The notes under the pieces: generated by a model
What the model saw: only the letters and a program-made list of their open reading frames with translations
Databases searched by the model: none
What the model was told of the DNA's origin: nothing
Source of the DNA: Eledone cirrhosa
Lineage: Eukaryota
Direction: 5' to 3'
Length of the DNA stretch: 64,000 bases
NCBI GenBank assembly: GCA_964016885.1
Contig: OZ024741.1
Location: 196,044,001 to 196,108,000 of the forward strand
Shown here: positions 53,545 through 64,000 of the stretch, piece after piece
Position numbering within the stretch: the stretch's first letter is position 1
Layout of the letters: each line of letters begins with the position of its first letter
Made by a program: the position numbers and the translations under genes

Positions 53545-54468
53545 TGAGCGTTTCCACCGACAACTAAAAGCCACTCTACGGACTTCTCCCGACTCTACGC
53601 GTTGCAGCGAGTACCTCCCTATTGTATTGTTGGGGATTCGGTCATAAATAAAGGAGGACCTTGGGTTCTCCCCGGCCGAATTATTGTATGGTGCTCCTCT
53701 AGCGTTGCCTGGGCAAATGCTTGCCCCTGTCGATCTTGCTGCACAAAATCCGCTTTCCTACGTATCCCGTCTGCGTTCTTATTTTCAGGACCTGCCGCCG
53801 ATGGATACGAGGAAACAAACTGTAAAATCTGCAGTCCCGAGGGATATTGCCTCGTGGACCCATGTGTTCGTAAGGAACGATGCTGTGAGACCACCTCTCA
53901 CACAACCGTACTCTGGACCCTACCGTGTGTTGGCTCGTTCTGATAAACATTTCACTGTAGACATTAAGGGATCCAGAGAGACCATTGCGGTTGATAGGCT
54001 TAAACGGGCCCACACAGATGCTCACACACCTGAGCCACATACACCCCCATCTTTCTCTTTTGCACACACACCTGTTTCTTTGCCACCCCCATCACCAAGA
54101 TATAAGACTACGACCCGTTCCGGTCGGCGGGTTCATTGGCCCAAAAAACTGTAGCATGGTATATTTTTAAACTGCTATTGTGCGGTGCTTTAATCCTGTA
54201 GTGACTTTTGGAACTTTTAGGAAATTGTATTTACATTTTATTACATTTGTTTTTTTTTTCCTTTCACGTTCTTGCATGCTTGTTTAATATGTATTTTTGA
54301 AATTTGTTGTGCCCTTCATGCTCGGTTGGGCTGATTGCTCCTGGGTTTTGAGATTTTTGATTGGTTTCTAATCGGTTTTTCTACATACATGATTCGATGA
54401 ACCGATTTTTATTTAATTTTCTAAAGGTTTGGTGGGAGGCCATGTAGAAGATCACGTCGGGGTCACCA
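53545..54468 (+). mobile_element. Ty3/Gypsy LTR retrotransposon fragment (integrase C-terminus, PPT, LTR start)
   Basis: ERFHRQLKA, VLLGIR, SPAELLYG, HVFVRNDAVRPPLTQPYSGPYRV (GPY/F module), VDRLK, TTRSGRRV; purine-rich GGTGGGAGGCCA followed by TGTAG at 54443. Confidence 0.88.
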
Positions 54469-54907
54469 CTTTAGGCGGGCGATGATCGTCAGTCATCCCG
54501 TCTAATTGGTCATTGTTTACTGGCACATAGTCAAACAAGGAAGAAGGAACATACCTCAATTTTATGTTATAAAAACATTTTTAATAGGAGGAATTACAGA
54601 ATATATACAAATTCATTAGTGCTCCTAGGTTGGGATATATTTAAGTCGTCATATACGTGCTATCTCTATCGTGCTATCTACATGCAGAGATCCAAAGGAT
54701 GACATCACATCATGCGGCAGTATATGACGACTTAAATATATCCCAACTTAGGAGCACTAATGAATTTGTATATATTCTGTAATTGCTCCTATTAAAAATG
54801 TTTTTATAAGATAAAATTGAGGTATGTTCCGTCTTCCTTGTTTGATTATGTGCCAGTAAACAATAACCAATTAGACGGGATGGCTGACGACCATCGACCG
54901 CCTAAAG
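54469..54907. repeat. Fold-back, ~188-bp arms
   Basis: 54469-54656 is a near reverse complement of 54720-54907. Confidence 0.9.
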
Positions 54908-55166
54908 ATACATACACATGAAATAATAAATAAATAAATGAATAAGAACAAAAAATATACAAAGTCAAAAGGGAGACGTGTTGACAGCGATAAGTATGAG
55001 GGTGCGGAGGGAGGGGGGTATAAAAACAACTTAAAAATAAACATATACACGAGATGTGCATATACAAATATATATACATAAATACACACATACACACACA
55101 CACACACACACATATATACATGCATAGATAATCATACACACGTATAAAAACACACACACATATACA

Positions 55167-55222
<56 letters not shown>

Positions 55223-55637
55223 CACATAAAAATATAAAATAAACATACGTACACACACACACATACACATGCTTGCAAAAATAAATATACACATACACAC
55301 GTATATATAAAAACATGAATACAACCATATTACACGCACATCCACATACATACACATAAAGGTCTACAATAAGAGTATAGGTTCATAACCTACGTACATA
55401 CGTAATACACATGAGTGCGCGCGCACACGCACGTAATAAAATCAACACACGCATACAAAAAACCATACGTAAATACATACACACATAATAACCCATATAT
55501 ACAAAAGTATATATACAGCCGCATACACACACATATACGTAACCACATACATATAACCATATAAATAAAATAAACATATGCAAACACACACACATATATA
55601 TATATACACAAACACACATATATACGTATATATATAT

Positions 55638-55668
<31 letters not shown>

Positions 55669-55682
55669 CATATATATGAATG

Positions 55683-55714
<32 letters not shown>

Positions 55715-57769
55715 CACACATACACACACATACAATAAAAAATCAAAATACTATAAATGTATGTACACATACGCCTGTCTGCATAAGCACCCGCACACAA
55801 CCCTATGTAAGTACAATAAAAGACCTAGTGGGTAAGTAAGGACAAAAGGGGAGTAAAACTGAAATAAAATAATAAACACAATTAATAAGAACAGGTAAGG
55901 GAAAAAAGTGTTGTAGAAGGTTTGTGATGAGATCTAGATAAGAGTATCTGGTTAAAAAGTGAACTGAGTAAAGTATAAAGGTGGTGGGTGTGTATGTGTA
56001 AAAAGTAAGGTAGAAAGTATAGGGTGGGGGAATTATAAGTCACTGAAAAAAATTATAAAAATAAAAAGGTATATAGAAGGTGATGGAGAGAGAAAAAGTA
56101 TATATGGGTAGAAAGTATGAGTTCATAAGATTCGTGGTGAGTGGAAGGCGTGATGAGAAATCGTTGGAATGTTAATCCAGTTAAAAAGTAGATGCGATTT
56201 CAGATGCGGACAACATCTGAAGATCTCGGTCGTAGAGTTGAGGCAAGTGGAAGGGGCTTTCAAGTTTTGGAGAATTCTAAATTTTTCCGTGGTGCATAAA
56301 GAACATTTCTTTGTGCCCTTTTGGTATTCGCTTGAATGGTCTAAAATAGACCAATCAATAGTATACGGAATGTTTTTGTCTTTAAATTTCCACACTCTAT
56401 TTGCCAGCACCGTTGCTGTTCTTTTATCAGGGTGTTTGAAAGAAGCGACATGTGCATAATATCTGGTTTTGAATCTGTCCTGAGTCATGCTAACATATCG
56501 TTCACTCCTGGCTGGCTGGTTATTAATCATCGGTGTCAATTTGGCCTCATACACAATGGATTTGGTATTACATTTACCTTGTAATGGGCATTCTTCCGGC
56601 TTCCTGCAACTACATCCTGGATTCACTCTCGTACGATTAGAGTTGGTAATTTTAGTCTTCATTGATGGGCAGCAAGAGTAACTGATTATGACTACATTTG
56701 AACAGCAACGGCGTTGACAAATAAAGTGTGGGAATTTAAAGACACAAATATTCCGTATACTATTGATTGGTCTATTTTAGACCATTCAAGCGAATACCAA
56801 AGGGGCACAAAGAAATGTTCCTTGTGCATCACGGAAAAATTTAGAATTCTCCAAAACTTGAAAGCTCCTTCCACTTGCCTCAACTTCAGATGTTGTCCGC
56901 ATCTGAAATCGCATCTACTTTTTAACTGGATTAACATTCCTACGATTACTCAACCACCTTGAGCTTCTTCTTTACTCATCACGCCTTCCACTCACCACGA
57001 ATCTTATGAACTCATACTTTCTACCCATATATACTTTTTCTCCCTCATCACCTTCTATATACCTTTTTTTTTTGTTTTTTTTCAGTGACATATAACCCCC
57101 CCCCTACTTTCTACCTTACTTTTTACACACCCACCACCTTTATACTTTACTCAGTTCACTTTTGAACCAGATACTCTTATCTAGATCTCATCACAAACCT
57201 TTTACAGCACTTTTCCCCTTACCTGTTCTTATTAATTGTGTTTATTATTTTATTTTAGTTTTACTCCCCTTTTGTCCTTACTTACCCACTAGGTCTTTTA
57301 TTGTACTTACATAGGGTTGTGTGCAGGTGCTTATGCAGACAGGTTTATGTGTACATACATTTATAGTATTTTTATTTTTTATTGTATGTTTGTATATATA
57401 TACGTATATATGTGTGTTTGTGTATATATATATATATGTGTGTGTTTGTATATGGTTATATGTATGTGGTTACGTATATGTGTGTGTATGCGGCTGTATA
57501 TATACTTTTGTATATATGGGTTATTATGTGTATGGATTTACGTATGGTTTTTTGTATGCGTGTGTTGATTTTATTACGTGCGTGTGCGCGCGCACGCATG
57601 TGTATTACGTATGTACGTAGGTTATGAACCTATGCTCTTATTGTAGACCTTTATGTGTATGTATGTGGATGTGTGTGTAATATGGTTGTATTCATGTTTT
57701 TATATATACGTGTATATGTGTATATTTATTTTTGCAAGCATGTGTATGTGTGTACGTATGTTTATTTTA

Positions 57770-57814
<45 letters not shown>

Positions 57815-57849
57815 AGGAGGTTATAGTTCACTTGAAGCATTGTGTAATG

Positions 57850-58151
57850 AGGTATAAACGTTTGTATATGTATAATAAAGCCAAAGCAATGCAGGTATGG
57901 ACATAGAATAAAGAATGCAAATGCAAAAGATATTGTTGACAATTAGTCTATTACCTTAGATTTATTTAGAACACTGGTTTGACAACTTTATTCCCTCTGA
58001 AGAAGAGATATTATCTCGAAAATTTAGGACATTTAAATAAATCTAAGGTAATAGACTAATTGTCAACAATATCTTTTGCATTTGCATTCTTTATTCTATG
58101 TCCATACCTGCATTGTTTTGGCTTTATTATACATATACAAACGTTTATACC
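57850..58151. repeat. Fold-back element (arms ~57850-57968 / ~58034-58151) inserted in (TA)n, with a hammerhead in the loop
   Basis: Near-perfect inverted arms; absent from the mirror arm at ~55180. Confidence 0.9.
57994..58028 (+). ncRNA. Minimal type I hammerhead ribozyme
   Basis: cct-CTGAAGA-a-gagat att atctc-GAAA-at-TT^agg; palindromic AAATTT in place of stem III. Confidence 0.75.
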
Positions 58152-58182
<31 letters not shown>

Positions 58183-58669
58183 TGCATGTGTGTGTTTTTA
58201 TACGTGTGTATGAGTATCTATGCATGTATGTGTGTGTGTTTGTATGTATTTATGTATATATATTTGTATATGCACATCTCGTGTATATGTTTATTTTTCA
58301 GTTGCCCCCCCCCCCCCCCCCTCCACACCCTCATACTTATCGCTGTCAACACGTCTCCCTTTTGACTTTGTATATTTTTTGTTCTTATTCATTTATTTAT
58401 TTATTACTTTATGTATGTGTATGTATTTATGTTCCTGTCTGTAAACGCTAATACGTTTATGTTATAAAGTATACGTCTTCTTACCTTTTAAGTATATGTG
58501 CGTGGTTTAGTGTGTCTGCATACGTTCTGGATATTTATTGTTTTTTATATATATATATATTTTTTTTTCTACTCTTCTTTTTGTCCGTTTTTTTCTCAAC
58601 CTCACTATCATATTTCTTAAATATTTTTGTTTACAAATCCATATTTAATAAAAATACCATGTTTTTTTA

Positions 58670-58730
58670 TTCATTCTGACGACTGAAAACAGATAAAATA
58701 TTTGCTTTCAAGAAACCACTGGTAAATGAA
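58670..58730 (+). ncRNA. Type I hammerhead ribozyme
   Basis: ttcatt-CTGACGA-ctgaaa a cagat aaaat atttg c tttcaa-GAAA-cc act gg-TA^aatgaa; mirror of 53233-53293. Confidence 0.8.
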
Positions 58731-59164
58731 ATAATTATCTTATGTTGTTTATTACATAACTATATATGTTGTTTATTACATAACTATATATGGGAAAAGT
58801 AAACAAGTTGAAATAAATATTTACCAATTTACTTTGATGTCCCAACTGTAGCTTCGCTGTGGAATAGCAGCATTAGATATTTTAATAATTTAAGATATTC
58901 CTCACTGTGAGACTTCACAGCTCCCCAGGGAACTTCTCAATCCAAGAAAAAATTCTTGCAGCTGATCTTTTATACATAAGTACAAACATACATATGAGGG
59001 TGTCCAACTATTACCAGTTTTGCTCAATGAAGGAATTAATTAAAATCAATTAGTCAGAGCATTATAAAATTATTTGTAAGAAAAGTAAACAAGATAGAAT
59101 AAAACATTTACCAATTTACTTCCATATCTCAACTGATATATATATAATTTTATATATGTATTCG

Positions 59165-59281
59165 TTTTATTAAGGCTAAATAGTATATCTTGTTACTCTG
59201 GAGCTTTGCCTGTTTGCCTGACTTTGTGATAAACAGTTGAAACTCCAGAGTAACAAAACACACTATTTAGCTTTAATAAAA
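59165..59281. repeat. Imperfect short fold-back with a hammerhead-like 3' half
   Basis: Arms ~59165-59207 / ~59240-59281; GAAA-ctc ca gag-TA in the right arm; core 5' half decayed. Confidence 0.6.
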
Positions 59282-60966
59282 TGAATATTTAACTCTACTT
59301 TGGTATTGGGTATTCTTTTCTCTCAGCAGTCAACTACATATGGATATATATATATATTTGTTGTATCTCATATATTGTAATGTCATTTTATAAAACTGTA
59401 TCTATGTGCAAAGTATGTTTCCTTACCTAATGTTGGACTGTCTTCCTTCTAACCACATTCATTTATCACATTTGATACATTTTAATGTTCTTTCTATGAA
59501 TCTATCTGCATTTTTCTGCATTGTGCTTGTATTTCAATAAATATTGATGTTGGTAAAAATTAAAAGAAAACTTGAGATAACTTTCTTAGTTAGTCTAAAG
59601 TAGAAAAACAGAGATCAGGGTGCTGTGTTTTACTGGTGAGTTGAGATAGTCATGTGTTATATATTATCATCATTTTATATCTGCTTTTCAAACTTGCATG
59701 GATTGGACAGATTGTCATTGTCTGATACCAAATGGGCTGGAGTGACCTCATCTTACTCAGAAGTTTCATATTTCACATGGTTTCTACAATTGGGTGCCTT
59801 TTTTAAGGCCAATCACCTGACAGGAGGTACAGGGTACAGTTTTATTTATGGCACCACCAATACCACTTTGCAGAGTGTATCGCTTGCATTTTTCATGTCA
59901 CCAGCACTACCATTTTACAGAGTGTACTGAGTGCATTTTATCGTGGTATCAGCACTAGCGAGATTGTTACATGCTCTTTCAGACTGAAGGGTCCTCTCAA
60001 ACCTTATATTTTCTGTTTGATCACCAAGACTGTAGCTTCAAGTCATTCACCCTAACATTGAATGAAGCCCCTGGTCATTCACCCCATTTGCTTTTAGTGT
60101 TGTAGTTCTTGTACTGGTGAGTGCGTCTTTTATATGGTGGCATATTGCCATTCACCTCAGACCTAGGTCATCTCCTTCATGAGGTTCAGTTTCTTGAAGT
60201 CATTCTTCACAACTTCTTCACAAGGATTCCATCCACTTCAAGTGTTCTGCTTTTTTGTTATACAACTCGTGCATCACATAACCATATCAATACAATCATC
60301 TCTCTTGCAGACTACATTTGATTCTTTTTATACTCAGTTTTCTCACAGTTTTTGCACTTAATTCAACCTCCTGCCTTCTATAACTTGTGAATACAGTCCC
60401 GAGATACTTGAACCTGCTTCAGTGGAATTCCATTTACATGTAGAGTGCACTGCACAGGCTTCCTTGAGAGGACGATTGTCTCAGTTTTTGCAGCACTGAT
60501 TTTCATTCCAGGCATCCAACACTTGACATCAAACCTATCGAGTGCAAGTTGATATTAATATTTTATAAATGCAAAATATGTTTGTATCTATGTTTTAGGT
60601 TTTCTTTAGTTGATCTAAACCATTTGATTCCTAGATACTGCTTCACATTTCTGCTATTTTTCATTGTATCTTGTTTTTCCACCCTCAGTTTTTCCTCTCT
60701 CTTCTATAACTGATCTCTTTATACTCTGTATCTTTTTTATTTTGGAGAGTCTTCTGTTTTCTATCTACCCTTGGGGCTCTACTGGAAGAATTAGTTAGGG
60801 AATTTAAGGTTGGTGGCAATGCTGTGTGTGTGGATGTGGGGGTGTATGAGTAAAAGAAAGTTGAACAATAGAAATGGGCATGGAAATTTCACAGAAAACA
60901 TTTCACTATTAAATGTTCAAGTAAAATATGATTTACTCTCATGAAAATTTGTTTATATTTTGGCAG

Positions 60967-61114
60967 CAAGTAGCTGAACAACAAGTACGCAACCAAGAAG
61001 TAGGAATGATGACAGAACTTGTCAGAGACTTTTTAGATCCTGCTGATTTCTGCAAAGCATTGCATAATATAGGCATAGACTTTTTCTGTGGTATTCCTGA
61101 TTCTTTATTAAAAG
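60967..61114 (+). CDS. ppd: Phosphonopyruvate decarboxylase (Ppd/AepY, TPP-dependent) coding exon, N-terminal part of the PYR domain
   Basis: Acceptor ttttggcag|, donor AAAG|gtaatg; translation QVAEQQVRNQEVGMMTELVRDFLDPADFCKALHNIGIDFFCGIPDSLLK contains the Ppd signature DFFxG(V/I)PDSLLK. The gene continues beyond the window. Confidence 0.85.
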
Positions 61115-61419
61115 GTAATGACAAAATGAAGTTAAATATTGATCTACAAAATAAACACATTTATTCTGTATCCATCTGTATATATGCATTTATATGTGTG
61201 CATCTATATGTGTTCATCTGTATGTGTGCATGCATATGGTTGCATTAGTTTAAATATTTACAGCTGTTTAAGGTATTCTATTTATGCAACATATTTTATA
61301 GACAACATCTAGGAAATTCATTGATTGATTGAATGTCTTTAGCATTATGAATATGTTGTGTCCATACTTATGGAGACATATATTATTATTGGCATTTGTC
61401 AGTCTCTAAAGACCATGGA

Positions 61420-63065
61420 TCTGTGCCTGGAGAATTTTGTGTCAGCTGCTGATAGCTGTGCAATGTCTTCTGTGTCTGTACAGGTCCACACGGGAGTGGC
61501 AGTCTTGTATACAGTAACTGCATTTGTAGATGCTCTCCTCTGGCGCTACTGTGTTGATATTATTTTGAGCACGCTTTTCCTCAGAGGCAAGTTTCAGTTT
61601 CTTACCCTTGTACCATCCCTTTGCATAGTACTCGTCTCCATCATTGGTGATCATTAGCAACCTCCTCCCATCTCTGTGTGTCCAGATCTATTAACTTCAT
61701 ATCCCTCATGCAGATGTCTTTGAAACGAAGACGAGGTCATCCTCTTGCTCTTATGTTGGTGGCCAGTTCCCCATACAGTAGGTCCTTTGGGATCTTCCCG
61801 TCTGGCATATAATGTACATGACAGAGCCAGTGCAGATGGTGCAGTTTGAGCAGGGTCTATATGCTGGGTATCTTGGCATGATTGAGGACTTCAGTGTTGG
61901 TGACCTGGTTGATCCACTTGATATCCCAAATGCATCTCAGGCTACGAAGGTGGAAGGCATTGAGGTGTCACCCCTGTCTGGTGTAGAGGCTCCATGTCTC
62001 GCGACTGTAAAGTAGTGTACTGTGGACACACGCCTTGTAGACAGCAATCTTGGTGTTTGTAGTTAGTTTCCTGTTCTCCCAGACACTCTTCTTCAGTCTG
62101 GCAAATGTGGAGGTTTCTTGTCCAACTCCCCTGCTGATCTTGGGGTCTGAGGAAAGGTTGTCAATGATAGTGGAGTCAAGGAAAATGAATTCGTGGACTA
62201 TGTCCAGCTCATAGTTGGTGATGGTGGTGGTGGTGGTGTGTGGGGAGAGGGGGAGTACTTGACACCTTGGCCCAGTACATTGGTTTTCTTCAGACTAATG
62301 GTCAGACTGAATTCCTGGCAGGGCCTTGAGAGTTTGTTCATGAGGTGCTGCATTTGCTCCTCAGAATGCACTGCCAATGCTGCATCACCCACAAACAGCA
62401 TTTCTCTGATGAGTACCTAATGAACCTTAGATTTCACTTTCAGCCTTGACAGACTTTCAGCCTTGACAGCTTCCCATCTGATCTGGTGTGGAGGTAGACA
62501 CCATCAGATGATGTTCCAAATGCTTGTTTTAGCATGACTGCGAAAAGGATGCCAAACAGGGTAGAGCTAGCACACATGTTAAATGCCCCCAAAGAAAAGC
62601 CATCAAATTGAATGATACCTTTCATATATGCATGAAACGATTGGACTATCCTAAGAATTCTTGGAGGACAACTAATTCTGGAAAGGATTTTGAACAGGTC
62701 ATCTCTACTGACTAGGTCAAATGCCTTTGTTAAGTCGATGAAGGTGATGTAGAGTGGTTGCCTTTGTTTTTAGCACTTCTCCTGTAGCTCTCAAAGGGAG
62801 AATATCATGTCGATGGTGGAGCATTCTAACCTGAAACCACACTGAGCAATTTTCTGTAGTCTGTTCAGGACTACACAGCCACAGACCTTCCCAATGATGC
62901 TTAGCAAGGAGATGCCTCAGAAGCTATTGCAGTCGCTTCTGTCCTCTTTGTTCTTATTGAGCGTGACAATGTTGCAGTATCTCATGTCTTGCAGAAATGT
63001 TCCATCCTCCCAGCACTGACACAGTAGTTTCAACAAGTGGCTAAATAGCATTCCCTTTGTACACC
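61420..63065 (-). mobile_element. RTE/BovB-like LINE, degenerate
   Basis: LFGILFAVMLKQAF, GVYLHTRSDGKL, LFVGDAAL, LTISLKKTNV, C-terminal CSYC..DCHSRVDLYRH. Confidence 0.9.
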
Positions 63066-63138
63066 TATTACAAACCCAACAATGTCAATTAACAACTGTT
63101 TACGTCAACTAATGCTTAACCTTATACTGAATCATAAT

Positions 63139-63325
63139 ATAATTGTTTCTACTTTTGGCACAAGGCCAGCAATTACCCAGTACATTACTGGCACTTTATT
63201 TTATCGACCTCGGAAGGATGAAAGGCAAAGTTAACCTTGGCGGGATTTGAACTCAGATCATACAGGGAGGTAACTCTATGCTTCAAAGCATGGCGCCCAA
63301 CCCTCTACAGATACTGCCAATCCAA
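63139..63325 (-). mobile_element. SINE family A
   Basis: Reverse complement of the family unit. Confidence 0.88.
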
Positions 63326-63585
63326 ATATAATAAAGGGAGGAGTGCGGGACTGTGTCCTGAATATATTTTTTTATCCCGTTAGAAAAATAAGTCAGATTA
63401 CTTTGAATAAATAATGAATGAATATTATATATTGTTATACTTTGGGAGGGTCATGTTGCCAATAAGAAACACACGCACCAGTTGCTTTCACTTCAATTTA
63501 TTATAATAAATTTATAATAAATTTATAAATTTATAAATTTCTGGTTGGTTGGTTGCTTCCACAACCAGATAGTTGTTTATATATT

Positions 63586-63628
63586 GTCATAGTTCTTTCG
63601 TCACACACTCTGTGACCTCTTCAGTGAC
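63586..63628 (-). ncRNA. Type I hammerhead ribozyme in a Penelope-like terminal repeat (63425-64000)
   Basis: Minus strand: gtca-CTGAAGA-g-gtcaca gagtg tgtgac-GAAA-g aa c-TA^tgac; 4-bp stem I, 6-bp stem II. Confidence 0.85.
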
Positions 63629-64000
63629 TGGGGATTCCTTTCTTTGTTTTTGTGCCTCTCCTTTGTTCTGTCCTACGCCATTTTGTTTCTGTGTGTGTGT
63701 TGTGTGCTCAGTCTGCGCATGCGCCACATCCGGGTGTCTGTGTGTGTTTATGTTCATTTATTTATTTGTTTATTTACATGTTACTGGTTGGTTGTTTGTT
63801 CTATGTGTGTTTTCATTTTGTCCTTAATTGTAAGTTGTGATGTTGCTGTTCCACTCATATTTTCTATTTAATTTTGGTTGTAATTCTTTTATGTTTATTG
63901 CCTCTGTGATTTGTCTAAACATTGCGTCTTTTCTGTGTGTAGATTCTATTTTTATTTCTATGTTCTCTAATTTACCCTTGTGTTCTATTTTAGCATGTTG

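Larger units (their letters stand above)
53201..58762. mobile_element. Large inverted Penelope-like structure (arms 53201-56421 and 56700-58762) with GIY-YIG endonuclease remnants centrally and hammerheads at both outer ends
   Basis: ORFs 56123-56662(-) and 56714-56962(+) are near-identical (CSCRKPEECPLQGKC, IVYEA, YVSMT, FKTRYYAH, CSLC, CCPH); the arms are collinear reverse complements except for nested insertions. Confidence 0.9.

Noticed and set aside
54469-54907. Hammerhead in this fold-back (CTGACGA present)
   Set aside because: No GAAA core half or stem I partner at a suitable distance.
54846-55800. Many YI/CV-rich ORFs here and elsewhere
   Set aside because: Translations of (TA)n/(CA)n microsatellites.
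1666-60966. PEP mutase or other phosphonate-pathway exons between the two genes
   Set aside because: No PepM-like motifs (e.g. EDKxxxxxNS, DxDTG) seen in the ORF track or in the unique stretches I translated; short exons could have been missed.
60928-61248. 106-aa ORF as a complete gene
   Set aside because: Only 60967-61114 is Ppd-like and it is bounded by AG/GT; the rest is intron read-through.

Overview
AT-rich, microsatellite-dense animal genomic DNA; the repeat content ((TA)n tracts, RTE LINEs with (GAT)n tails, tRNA-derived SINEs, Penelope-like elements) suggests a mollusc, probably an octopod cephalopod (inference). Two host genes are visible, both on the + strand and both from one pathway. 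The first is an intronless 2-aminoethylphosphonate (AEP) transaminase (409-1665). The second is a phosphonopyruvate decarboxylase, with a likely first coding exon at 14767-14856, a ~46 kb intron, and a clearly homologous exon at 60967-61114. Both proteins start with mitochondrial-presequence-like N-termini, suggesting a linked phosphonate (C-P bond) biosynthesis gene pair in an animal genome. Most of the rest is transposon debris: RTE and Tx1 LINEs, a mariner, Helitrons, a piggyBac-type MITE, a Gypsy fragment and two SINE families. The second theme is Penelope-like (GIY-YIG) relics. I could fold by eye eight type I hammerhead ribozymes with intact cores plus several decayed ones, many in short fold-back elements beside (TA)n tracts and one pair at the ends of a ~5.5 kb inverted repeat. 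All coordinates were read by hand; repeat boundaries are approximate.
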